From the NCBI RefSeq assembly GCF_006345805.1, contig NC_043022.1:744001-808000 (forward strand): a stretch of DNA of 64,000 nucleotides, in the 5' to 3' direction. Each line of letters opens with the position of its first letter. Within the stretch, counting starts at the first letter, position 1. The notes beneath the pieces are model-generated. The model was not told the origin of the DNA. It worked only from the letters and a program-made list of their open reading frames with translations, and did not search any database. The translations under genes were made by a program, and so were the position numbers. The DNA comes from Octopus sinensis (Eukaryota). Shown piece after piece: positions 52,577 to 64,000 of the stretch.

Positions 52577-55500
52577 GCACACGTTTTCCTTGGGATTAGA
52601 ATTGACTGCTTGACTAAGTGGAGGGGTACCCAGCTGGGAAGCCAGCTGTAAAAACATTTGCTAGACGAAAGGAAAAAAAGGGATTTGTTCCATCTTTGTT
52701 AGCATTTGAGAAATGGGTGTAATACGGCAGAAAATAATGCATGACTAGTAATGAGGATAATGATAACAATAACAATAACAACGCCATTCAGAAATAATAA
52801 TAAAAAATGTTAAAAAATGTAATATAAGTAATAAGAGAGAAGCCTGGGGAGTATTCTCTATGTTGTAAAATTCCTTGCTTCAGCAATATGGAAATATAAT
52901 AGTTTATATTCCCTTGACTTTTTAGACCCTAGATTGTACAGTTTTGGAGGGAAAAAAATATCCTTTAAAATGAAGTTGCTTGCAGTAGTGGTGGTGGTGG
53001 TAATGGCATTTACAGGGTCAGTATGGTTTGTTGTACTCCAGTGACCCGATTGTTTTTATTATTATTATTAAGTTCTATATTTGAGAGATGAGGAATTATG
53101 TACAGTATTTACATTTGACAGATATTTCTCTTCATCTTGTTTGTTGTTGAGACAATGTTTCAGCTGATATGCTGGCAAATTATCTGAGAAGTAAGTGAGA
53201 TACTTCTGGAGATTTAGATATGAATTAAATAACATAATATTTATAGTGCAGGCAGTGAGCTGGCAGAAAGGTTAGCACGCTGAGCGAAATGCATAGCCGT
53301 ATTTCGTCTGCCGTTACGTTCTGAGTTCAAATTCTGCCGAGGTCAACTTTGCCTTTCATTCTTTCAGGGGTTGATAAATCAAGTACCAGTTGCATACTGG
53401 GATTGATCTAATCAACTGGCTCCTCCCCAAAAATTTTAGGTCTTGTGCCTAGAGTAGGAAAGAATATTTATAGTATCCAGAAAACAGCAGGCTGGCAGAA
53501 TGGTTAGCACACCAGATAGAATGCTTAACAGCATTTTGTCTGACTTTATGTTCCAAGTTCAAATTCTACCAAGGTTGACTTTGCCATTCATCCTTTTGGG
53601 GGTCGATAAAACGAGTACCAGTTGAGCACTGGGGTCAATGTAATGGACTTAACCCGTCTCCTGAAATTGCTGGCCTTGTGTCAGAATTTGAAAACAATAT
53701 CTATAGTGCTGTATATTAGAGCTCTGTAACAGAATAAAGTGTTCAGCTGATGATCCATTGCAGTTTGGCACCCAAATGCTCATGGCATCATATTAGATGT
53801 TGAGTTCCAAAAACCTGAAATGGGGAACTCTTTATATTGGTGTTTCTCTTAATATGTATCCTCTAAATATCATGACTGTGGAGGCACAATGGCCCAGTGG
53901 TTAGGGCAGTGGACTTGCGGTCGGAGGATCGCGGTTTTGATTCCCAGACCGGGCGTTGTGTGTGTTTAGTGAGCGAAAACACCTAAAAGCTCCCTGAGGC
54001 TCTGGCAGGGGGTGGTGGCGACTCCTGTTGTACTCTTTCGCCCCAACTTTCTCTCACTCTTTCTTCCTGTTTCTTGAGTAACGCTGCGATGGACTGGCAT
54101 CCTGTCCAGCTGGAGGGGAGCACATACGCCACAGAAACTGCAAAACCGGGCCCTTGAGCCTGGCTAGGCTTGAAAAGGGTGCACAAGTAATAAGTATATC
54201 ATGACTAATAACACTGCTACACGCTGTAGTAGACTGACCACTCTACTGGAAGCTGACTGGACGATGGTCATTTAGATGTGACTCTAGTACAAGCAGTGGT
54301 AGTCGTACATCTCTATATTTTGTGCTGCATGTAACCTTATCAGTGAGATTGTTCTTTTATCTTCTCAAATTGTTGCTATTGTGAAAGTTGAAGGTGGTTT
54401 ATATTAAGATATAGTCACTTTGATCAAATTAACCGTTTCATAACAATTTCGGAAGCCGTGCCTCTGTGTCTCACATAAGTTTGGTAATGCTCAAGACTTT
54501 GGAGAGATTTCATAAAAATCTTGCTTCTTTTTTGCTTGTTTTTTGTTTTTTTCGGTGTGGGGTTCATTTTGAATCCTGGTGTTTGGAACAGAGCTCACCC
54601 GAAAATTACTTACATCTGGAAGGTTTCAGTTTAAATATGAACCATTTAAAAGAGAGCTTTCGGATGAAAGGATGACAGCTGATGTCCATCCATTTGGTCG
54701 GAACCAAAGGTGTTAAATCTCATAATTTCTCCAGCTTGATACATATTTCTCTTTTTCAAAGCATAAATGACAGGTTTTTCTTTTTCAAAGAAAAACAGCT
54801 GAGAAGAAAACTAGTTCTGTTCCTGGAAAATACACCATTTTTATTTATATTGTCTGTTTATTTATTCTTGTGTAATCCAGAGAGAATCGCTGACAGATTT
54901 CTTTTGTATGTAAAACACAAAGGAAAAATAAAAATTTCTCTTCAAGCTGTGTTTTTTTTTTACAATGTCATTGTTTTTGTTGTTGTCATCCTCTGTCTTC
55001 CATCTTCAATATGGATGGCTGTTGTTGTTGTTGTTGTTTTTCCCAACCACACACAAACATGGAATTGTTACAGACAAACAAGGAAGCAGCAGAATGTGAA
55101 TCGTTACCAAAACAACGATTGTTCTTGGAATGTTTATGCTGCTGCTGCCCCTCCTGCTACTCTTTTGCTTCAAATATATTCAGAAAGCAAGTAAAAAAAA
55201 AAGAAGAAAAAGAAGTCAAGATTCACAGACAGAAAGAAACATTACCAATCAAAGCAGATCATTGACAGAAATTCAATTATTAAACAGATAATTGATGTTT
55301 TAACAAAGATTGATCCGAAAATCCATTTTATAAATGGAAATCTGGTTCGGACTGAAATATACAGGACACAATTAGAAAATGGGTAGGTCTTGAGGGACAT
55401 ATTTTATGTACTTGGAGTTTTTTATTGTTGTTGTAGTTTTCTTATTGTAAATTTATGTCCCCCACCATACACACACATACACACACACACACACACATCT

Positions 55501-56469
55501 ATCGCTTTCATCATTTAATGTTCTTTTTATCCATGCTGGCATGGCTTGGATGCTTTGACTAGAACAGAAAGACCAGAGGACTCCACCAGGTTCTTACAGC
55601 TGGATGCCCTTTCTAACAACAACCACTTAACAGAGCGTACTGGGTGCTTTGTATGTGGCACCAGCATCAGTGAGGTCGCCAAAGTACCCTACAACTGAGC
55701 AGGGTGTAGACTGGTGGAATAAGAAACTATGATAGAGGGACAAGAGCAGGTGTCTTGCTGAATAGGTGAATGCAGGGTTTGCCTACCTGGAAAGTGAGAG
55801 AGAGAAAGAAAGAAAGAGATGTGAGGTCCAGGTGCAATGTGAAGATCAGACAGAATAGGATAGAAGAATGGAAAAGGTGGATGTGTCGGTTATTGCGCTG
55901 AGTAAAAATATTGTGACAGATGATTATGGATATGTGTATTTATATATACATGTGTATGTGAGTGTTCTTGCCATGATATCATGTGCTAGTTACACTCAGA
56001 TGTCACTGTCATACAAGCAGTGTTGTTCATTTGCAGTCTTCCATGAAAACATGTCTGTCCTTGGGGAAATATTACCTTGCTTGGCAACAGGAAGAGCATC
56101 CAGTTATAAAAACTTTTGACATTAACAAAGATTCTTTAATTTTATAATAGCATAAAAAAATGTTGCCATAAGATAGAATATATATATATATATATATTGA
56201 GCTTGAATGATGGCAGGATAGTACACAGCACACTATACAAGACCTTCCAATTTTCTACCTGAGCATGAAACTTACGGTAGCTCACCTATAAATCCTATGT
56301 TTAGTGGATGATATTTGTCTCTTGCTGGAGTCCCCCCCCCCCAGTCTATTGACAGACAAGTAATCTGAGCATGCTTTCAGGGAAGACTGGAAATCAGTGA
56401 CATAGTTTCTAGGAATGGTGAGGGCTTTTGTTTGCAATCAGCTCCTCACATGTGTCAAAATGAGAGAGA

Positions 56470-56720
56470 ATTGTCTCCGAGATGAAGAGACGTTCCCATG
56501 TAGCAGGCTCGATAATTGTTGAGTGATTTTCTCATATCATGAAACCAAGGGTAAGCTTGTTAACTCACAAATAAAGAATATTTATCCACCAAAGCCATGT
56601 TCAGCACTTGTTCTCCCAATTCAACATCAGCTTTATTACAGGCTTTGGAACAGCCATAATGTAATGTTGAAAGTGAAAGTCGATGTATATAAGTCAGCCG
56701 TGTTGCCAGTTCTGCTTCTC
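56470..56720 (+). mobile_element. RTE/BovB-like LINE reverse-transcriptase C-terminal fragment, degraded
   Basis: Remnant ...KPCSAL...RLWNSHNVMLKVKVDVYKSAVLPVLL resembles the RTE motif KASSAFGRL..RVWNNH.I.L.TK..VY.A.VLP.LLYG (recalled). Confidence 0.6.
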
Positions 56721-57144
56721 CTCAATTCAAAGATTTTGAGCAAAGACAACTCCAACATCAGAATCAACTTCACGCAACACCTGGCAAAACGCTGCTCCTT
56801 TAAATGCAAACCTTACCTGTCAACGTGGTTTTGTAGCACAAAGCAAAGCAGGCCTTGCCATCCACTCAAGGAAACACGTATGACATGATCCACAAGCACT
56901 CAAGCAAACTGAGTCTTAAGAACCTGCCAAGATGCACGTCTCCAAAAGCAGGAAACTACTAATGTCCCATATCTTTGTACTGTGTCCATTAAATGATATT
57001 TATCTCTCACTGGATGAAGTTTTTCTTGTTGATCTTACCTTAACAGAACACACCTACATATATCTTTATACGTCCAGCAGTCACCATGAAAGATCGGTAG
57101 CCACTACACACATTTTTTTTCTCTTCTTGTTTTTTTCTGTGTCC

Positions 57145-57180
57145 CTTTCTGTAGAAGAGCGTAGACTCGAAATGTAAAAG
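57145..57180 (+). ncRNA. Hammerhead-like motif, family B, with two substitutions (within repeat ~57050-57270)
   Basis: CTTT-CTGTAGA-A-GAGC-GTAG-ACTC-GAAAT-GTA-AAAG; same element as 16680-16870 and followed by (TA)n. Confidence 0.5.
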
Positions 57181-57266
57181 ACTTTTCCAATTCTTGAACG
57201 TTATACTAATACATCTGTTTGTTTTCTACACCACCTGTCTTCGTCTTTTGTTTTTTCGTGAACTCC

Positions 57267-57314
<48 letters not shown>

Positions 57315-57331
57315 GTATATGTGTGTGTGTC

Positions 57332-57511
57332 TATTTTTCACTTATGGTAAAAAGGTGTGAAAACATCCTATTTGTTCAGTGTCGCCATCTATCAGGATTC
57401 CCAGACATCAATGTCTCAAGCTAGTTTGAAACCTCAATGTCTGGGAATCTTGATAGATGGCGACATTGAATAAACAGGGTGTTTTCACACCTTCTTACCT
57501 TAAGAGAAATA
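57332..57511. repeat. ~180-bp hairpin (foldback MITE-like)
   Basis: Arms 57332-57408 and 57437-57511. The 32-bp inner stem CAGTGTCGCCATCTATCAGGATTCCCAGACAT / ATGTCTGGGAATCTTGATAGATGGCGACATTG has only two G-U positions. Confidence 0.9.
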
Positions 57512-57730
57512 TTTTCTCTATGGTAAACTGCAGTGAATTTGCCATTTAGCAGTTGAAATATTCCACAGACATATTTTAACTAACCTGAATTTTGCTTTTG
57601 CCTAAACACAGCTTGGCACTAATTTTCCAATATATATATATGTGTGTATGTTTGTATATGAATTTTGTATATTATGGCTTTCCTTGTCTGATACTATATC
57701 ATCTCTCTATTTCTGTTTTCTTTCTTGCAG

Positions 57731-57782
57731 TGATCGGTACACACGATACCTACAATGGAAAAACCTAGAGTTAAATATTAAT
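57731..57782 (+). CDS. GRK2: GRK2/3-family kinase, exon equivalent to GRK2 exon 7: (S)DRYTRYLQWKNLELNIN
   Basis: TTTCTTGCAG acceptor at 57730, GTAAGT donor at 57783. 52 nt, phase 2/0; AG|T completes the Ser codon from the previous exon. Aligns with DKFTRFCQWKNVELNIH. Confidence 0.96.
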
Positions 57783-57815
57783 GTAAGTTTAAAAACTAGA
57801 TTTATTATTTTATAA

Positions 57816-57974
<159 letters not shown>

Positions 57975-58739
57975 ATATATATATATATTTTTCTTTTGCC
58001 TTGAATATTTTCTTCCTGTTTCTCTCTCTCTTGGATCTGTTTCTTTTCCATTGCTGTGTTGGGGAGACTCTGTGTATGCATATATGTGTGTGTGTGTGGA
58101 TGTGGACGTAATTGTCAATATACATCATGTGCCAATATGTACAAATGCATATCTGTGTATATTTGTGTGTGTGTACTCGTATGTGTGTGTGTGTGTGTAT
58201 GTGTGTGGGCGTATTGTATGTGTTAGTGTCTGGGTAATTCTGAAATTCTATTCAATCAGCTTCTTGTTAAACTATTGTATATTATTATTATTATTTTTAT
58301 TATCATAGCAACATTATTATTGCTGATATAACTGTTGTTATTATTATGTCAATTGTTGTTGTTGTTGTTATTAGTATTATTATTATTGTTGTTGTTGTTG
58401 TTATTAACTGTAGTAGTTGCGGTAGTGTAGTCGTCATGTTAATATTAGCAGGAGAGACAAAGATCAGTAATGAACACTTTGATGTGAGAACATAAAAAGA
58501 ATAATAGCTGTAGCAGTTCATTACAGAACTACAACAAAATTTGTAGCCGTTCCACCCCCCCACCACCACCGCCATCACACCCCTCTCCCCCATCCCCCCT
58601 CTCTCTCTTTGTAATATGAATATAGATAGAGAGATAGATGCATTTATGAATAGGAAGAGAGAGAGAAAGAGTATTATTGTTCCTCTGTCATCAGTTCTCA
58701 TATACTGTGTCTGTGTGTATATGAATATGAATATATATA

Positions 58740-58934
58740 TATATATATAATATTGATAGTAATGTGTGTGTATATATATATATATTGATAGTAATGTGTA
58801 TGTGTGTGTGTATATATATATATATATTGATATATATATATATATATATATATATTGATAGTAATGTGTATGTGTGTGTGTATATATATATATATATGAT
58901 ATATATATATATATATATATTGATAGTATGTGTA

Positions 58935-58967
<33 letters not shown>

Positions 58968-58973
58968 TGATAG

Positions 58974-59019
<46 letters not shown>

Positions 59020-59110
59020 ATAGTAATGTGTATGTATGTATATATATTGATAGTAATGTATATGTGTATATATATAATATATGTATATATTGATAGAAAT
59101 GTGTGTGTGT
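58740..59110. repeat. Compound minisatellite (TA)n-TTGATAGTAATG-(TG)n, about 9 units
   Basis: TTGATAGTA recurs between microsatellite runs; source of the 300-aa IYIY ORF. Confidence 0.9.
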
Positions 59111-61924
59111 ATATATATACATACATACATACTTTTATTGCTACTCTGTCTACAAATCTCATTATGTTTTTTAATATATATATATATATATATGTGGTGT
59201 CGCATCCATCAGTAATATGTCACACTGTGTTATACGGAGTATTGAGAAAACAGACCTTAGCTCTATGCAATAAAGAAACGAATCGGTCACTTTTATAATT
59301 GACAGACATATGAACAGTTCCTCGGTGTGTGTGTGTCTTTTATTGTCCAAGCCTGACCAAGACTCCACCGATTAAACACTGACAACACTTATCGATCGTG
59401 GGGGACGCAGCCATGCAGTTGAACAGAATATCACAACTGCTGCTGCCACCTGTGTTATATTGCCAGTGTACTCTCGTGGTTCTTTGTGTTCTTAGCTCAA
59501 ATCCTGGCCCAGTTGAGGTTGCATTTCATCCTTTCGGGGTCAATAAAATTAAGTACCAAAGTATTGGGATGACAAAATTGAATTGCCCTTTCGTCTCAAA
59601 ATTGCTGGCTTTGTGTCAAAATTAGAAAGAATTTTATTTCTGCACACACACATGGTACCCTGACAAGGGAACAGAATATCACAACTGCTCCTACCTATAT
59701 TACATTGCCTTTCGTCCTTTCAGGGTCAATAATAAGTACCAGTTGTACACTGGGGTCGATGTTATCAACAAAGTGTCAGGCCTTGTGCCTTTAGTAGAAA
59801 GGTTTATTATTATTATTATTATTATTATTGATAAGATAGTGGAGCTGGCAGAATCATTAGCAAGCTGGAAGAAATGCTTAGCAGTATTTCACTCATTGAT
59901 ACGTTCTGGGTTCAAATTCCACCAAGGTCGATTTTGCCTTTCGTCCTTTCAGGGTCGATAAATCAAGTACCAGTGGAGTATTGGGGTTGATGTAATTGAC
60001 TATCCTCCTCCCCCAAATTTCAGGCCTTGTCCTTATAGTAGAAAGGATTATTATTATTATTCAGGAAGCAGTGCATGCCATCAAAGTGACACTGGGGTAC
60101 AAATATATGAAGCCCAGTATACCCATCTGGTAAGGGTACACCAGGCACATGCCTGATCACAACCATATGTATGCAAGATGGTGATCTCATATTAAGATAA
60201 ACAGCATATGACCTTACAGATGGGGCCCAGTTAGAATTTTCTTCGGGTCAAGTAGTCCATCCTGCTCAAAAGGTCCCTGAAAAAGATTTGTTTAAAGATG
60301 ATGAACGAAACACCCATGTTTTCAGTGGTGAATTATTCAAACCCCAAAGAATCCCTCTCAACACATGGCTATGATGCTCCCCCACTACTTCTGCTCGTGA
60401 TCAGAGATGCACATATCAATCAGCCACTAAGGGACATGCTCAACTGGTTACGGTCAAACAACTGACAAGCAAATCTGTGGTATTGAGCAGAATATTTGCT
60501 GTAGCCCATCTTTTATACCAAGACAAAACAATGTACATGATAACACTTCCAATCAGTTAAGATCAGAGGCTATGAGAGCCACTGCCTGGTATTGCATCAT
60601 CATCATTATTATTATTATTATTATTATTATTTGGTTCCTTGTTCCATGTCAATAAATATGCTCAACGGTACTTCTTCTGGCTCTCTGTCTTCTCAATTCA
60701 AGTGCCACCAAGTTCGACTTTGCGTTTCATTATTTCGAGGTCAGAACAATAAGTACAACTTAAGTATTGGGGTCAATATAAACCCCCATCCCTTCAAAAA
60801 ATAGCTGGCCTTGTGCTAAAATTAGACAGAATTATTAATAAACTTTTGCTCCTTGTGCCTAAATTAGAAACTATAATTATTATTATTATTAGTATTTTTA
60901 AGTTTTTGCTCCTTGTTTCTCGCTTTTTAATCAAATGTAATTCTTTGCTAATTAACCGGATTTTGTTTCAAATCATTTATAAATAAACATTTTGATTTTA
61001 AAATCCATTTCATAACTCATTCCCCACCACCAACACTACCACCCTTCCCACCCCCGTTCTAAAAATACACATCTCTTGTGGTGGAGAGCTTGTTGTTTTT
61101 GTGTTTTTTTTGTTTTATGGAATTTTTTTTTCCTCCTTTTCACAATAACCTGATTTCATGTTTACATGTCAGTCAAATCAGACTTACACCAAATTAGTGC
61201 TATTTCTCATTAACTAAGTCACCAATTAATCAATTAATGACCAAACTATATATACTGAAACCTAATAACCAACCCTCCCTCACAAACTAGTATAATTTGT
61301 TATTTAAGCATTTATTAAAGTCTGTTTATTTCACTAGAATTTATTTTGGTCCAATCTGCTGGCATTGAACCCCACCCACCACATCCCTCTGTTTCCTAAT
61401 ATTTTCATTTGCAAAGCGACATGCTGGGTGAAATGCTTAGAGGTATTTCATCTGACTTTACTTTCTGAGTTCAAATTCCGCCAAGGTCGACTTTGCTTTC
61501 ATCCTCTCAGGGTCGATAAATTAAGTACCAGTTACATACTGGGGTCGATCTAATGTGTTTGGGAAGCAAGCTTCTCACCACACAGCCATGCCTGCCCCTA
61601 TATATACATAAAGGGTAAAGGGTAAATATTCCCTTTGGTCATGAATGACCATGGGATTGCACCTAGAAAGTTCCCCTCCAGGTCACAAGTTCAGGAAAGG
61701 TTGTTTATGGATGGCTGCCCAGACTCCAAATGTCTGTTGTGACATGGTTTCTAGGCGTAGGAGTGGCTGTGTGGTAAGTAGCTTGCTTACCAACCACATG
61801 ATTCCGGGTTCAGTCACACTGCGTGGCACCTTGGGCAAATGTCTTCTACTATAGCCTCGGGTCGACCAAAGCCTTGTGAGTGGATTTGGTAGGCGAAACT
61901 GAAAGAAGCCCGTCGTATATATGT

Positions 61925-61982
<58 letters not shown>

Positions 61983-62102
61983 AGGACTATTGAAAAGGTT
62001 GCAAGACGCAACAAAAATTTTTGGAAAATAAAAATAAGAAATAAGTGGAAATTTTACCGGTGAGAGTGTGTTACATTAAAATGACTCTCCCCAGACACAA
62101 CA

Positions 62103-62139
<37 letters not shown>

Positions 62140-62143
<4 letters not shown>

Positions 62144-62330
62144 TATATATAGTTAATCCAAACAAGAAAGCACAAAAAAACACAACAACGCGAGGACGTG
62201 GAACAAATATAGTAGTATTGGACGCTCAGGAAAGAAGGAGGGTTTAACGTTTCGAGTGGAGCTCTTTTTCGGAAACATAGGAGAAGGAAAGACAGAGGAA
62301 AAAAAATCGCCAACGGTACACACGAGGTCA
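62140..62330 (-). mobile_element. Penelope-like repeat (family E) with a degenerate hammerhead motif
   Basis: Minus strand ~62243-62276: TTT-CCGAAAA-A-GAG-CTCCA-CTC-GAAAC-GTT-AAA. It abuts (TA)n and has the same layout as family B. Confidence 0.45.
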
Positions 62331-62430
62331 CATTTTGAAAGACCGGAAGGAAAAGGGTGAAGAAATATGTTTTCAAAGATAGAAGAGTAGTATAGTCAAA
62401 GACAGCAGAATGGTATATATATATATATAT

Positions 62431-63097
62431 ATAGGTAGGTAGGTAGGTAGGTAGATGGGTGGTGTAGTGGTTGAAATGTCTAACCCAGTGGTTCGTAAAC
62501 TTTTTCAGGCTGCTGCCCCCTTGATACCCACCCCATTATAGCCCCAATTTTTACATGAATCGCTACCCTATCATCACCCCACTTTTCTTCAATGCCCCCT
62601 TAGAACTTTCCACTGTCCCCTTTGAGAACCACTGCAACCCATGATATCATATGATTGCAGTTTCAGTTCCTAGAGAGGGCATCATTGTGGTGTCCTTGAA
62701 CAAGGTCCTTCACTTCACATTGCCCCAGTCTACTCATTTGTAAATGGTTGCTGACCTAAGTGCAGGTGCGGCCTTTGCCCCATCCTTCTCTCAGATCCTG
62801 GCCATTGCACTCAATGGAGAGTGAGGGAGAGCAAGAGGGCGTCTGTCTCTGCCCTTCACTATAGAGGCATTTGGAACAATTAACAAAAGCACAATAAATG
62901 CTGTCAAGTCATTGATCACTCACGAGTGATGACTGGTTGTTGATGACATGATATATTTGCATATATTAACATCCTGTACGACACACAGTTCCCCATAGAA
63001 CTGTATATATATATATATGAAATCTTCACATCCTGTATGACTTGCTTGGTTGCACATGATACTATCATGTACATGTGTATATATCTGTGTGTGCATG

Positions 63098-63133
<36 letters not shown>

Positions 63134-64000
63134 GACACACATTTATGTATTTATTTATATACCTCAACATCCTGTACAACAGACACAGGGGTATGTGGTT
63201 ATATGTGTGCACGTGTATCTGTTTATATATATGTGTGTATATGTATATATATATGTATGTATGTATATATATATATATGTATATATATATATGTATGTGT
63301 GTGTGTGTGTATATATATATATATGTATGTATGTATATATATATGTATGTATATATATGTATATATATATGTATGTATATATATATGTATATATATATAT
63401 ATATAGGTAGGTAGGTAGGTAGGTAGATGGGTGGTGTAGTGGTTGAAATGTCTAACCCAGTGGTTCGTAAACTTTTTCAGGCTGCTGCCCCCTTGATACC
63501 CACCCCATTATAGCCCCAATTTTTACATGAATCGCTACCCTATCATCACCCCACTTTTCTTCAATGCCCCCTTAGAACTTTCCACTGTCCCCTTTGAGAA
63601 CCACTGCAACCCATGATATCATATGATTGCAGTTTCAGTTCCTAGAGAGGGCATCATTGTGGTGTCCTTGAACAAGGTCCTTCACTTCACATTGCCCCAG
63701 TCTACTCATTTGTAAATGGTTGCTGACCTAAGTGCAGGTGCGGCCTTTGCCCCATCCTTCTCTCAGATCCTGGCCATTGCACTCAATGGAGAGTGAGGGA
63801 GAGCAAGAGGGCGTCTGTCTCTGCCCTTCACTATAGAGGCATTTGGAACAATTAACAAAAGCACAATAAATGCTGTCAAGTCATTGATCACTCACGAGTG
63901 ATGACTGGTTGTTGATGACATGATATATTTGCATATATTAACATCCTGTACGACACACAGTTCCCCATAGAACTGTATATATATATATATGAAATCTTCA
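62431..64000. repeat. 972-bp tandem duplication (second unit runs off the window end)
   Basis: 62451-63028 matches 63423-64000 with no difference seen by eye, including microsatellite length; the offset is constant at 972. Confidence 0.95.

Noticed and set aside
54682-55194. 170-aa ORF ending ...IYSESK, with a phase-2 GT that could join exon 57731
   Set aside because: The donor AA|GTAAAA is weak and the sequence is low-complexity with no homology.
58303-59205. 300-aa minus-strand ORF and the other IYIY/CVCV/LSLS ORFs
   Set aside because: Translations of (TA)n, (TG)n, (CT)n and trinucleotide repeats.

Overview
Eukaryotic, AT-rich, microsatellite- and SINE-dense DNA. The repeat families and the kinase sequence point to an octopus or other coleoid cephalopod (inference). 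The window lies entirely within one + strand gene, a GRK2/3-subfamily G-protein-coupled receptor kinase, the subfamily that includes cephalopod rhodopsin kinase. Four short coding exons are present (24223-24324, 38432-38518, 43317-43378, 57731-57782). They splice in frame and encode most of the RH/RGS domain; none appears in the ORF track. The upstream exons and the kinase-domain exons lie outside the window. The remaining ~99.5% is intron: tRNA-derived SINEs, RTE-LINE fragments, MITEs (hAT, Tc1/mariner, TTAA type), a Helitron end, minisatellites and a 972-bp tandem duplication. The most notable unexplained signal is about five sequence-distinct repeat families carrying minimal type I hammerhead ribozyme motifs (CUGANGA ... 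GAAA, palindromic stem III) of the kind associated with Penelope-like elements. Several occur as inverted pairs, one is fused to a tRNA-like Pol III head, and one near-intact copy lies in the sense orientation of the kinase pre-mRNA. All ORFs in the supplied track appear to be spurious or TE remnants.
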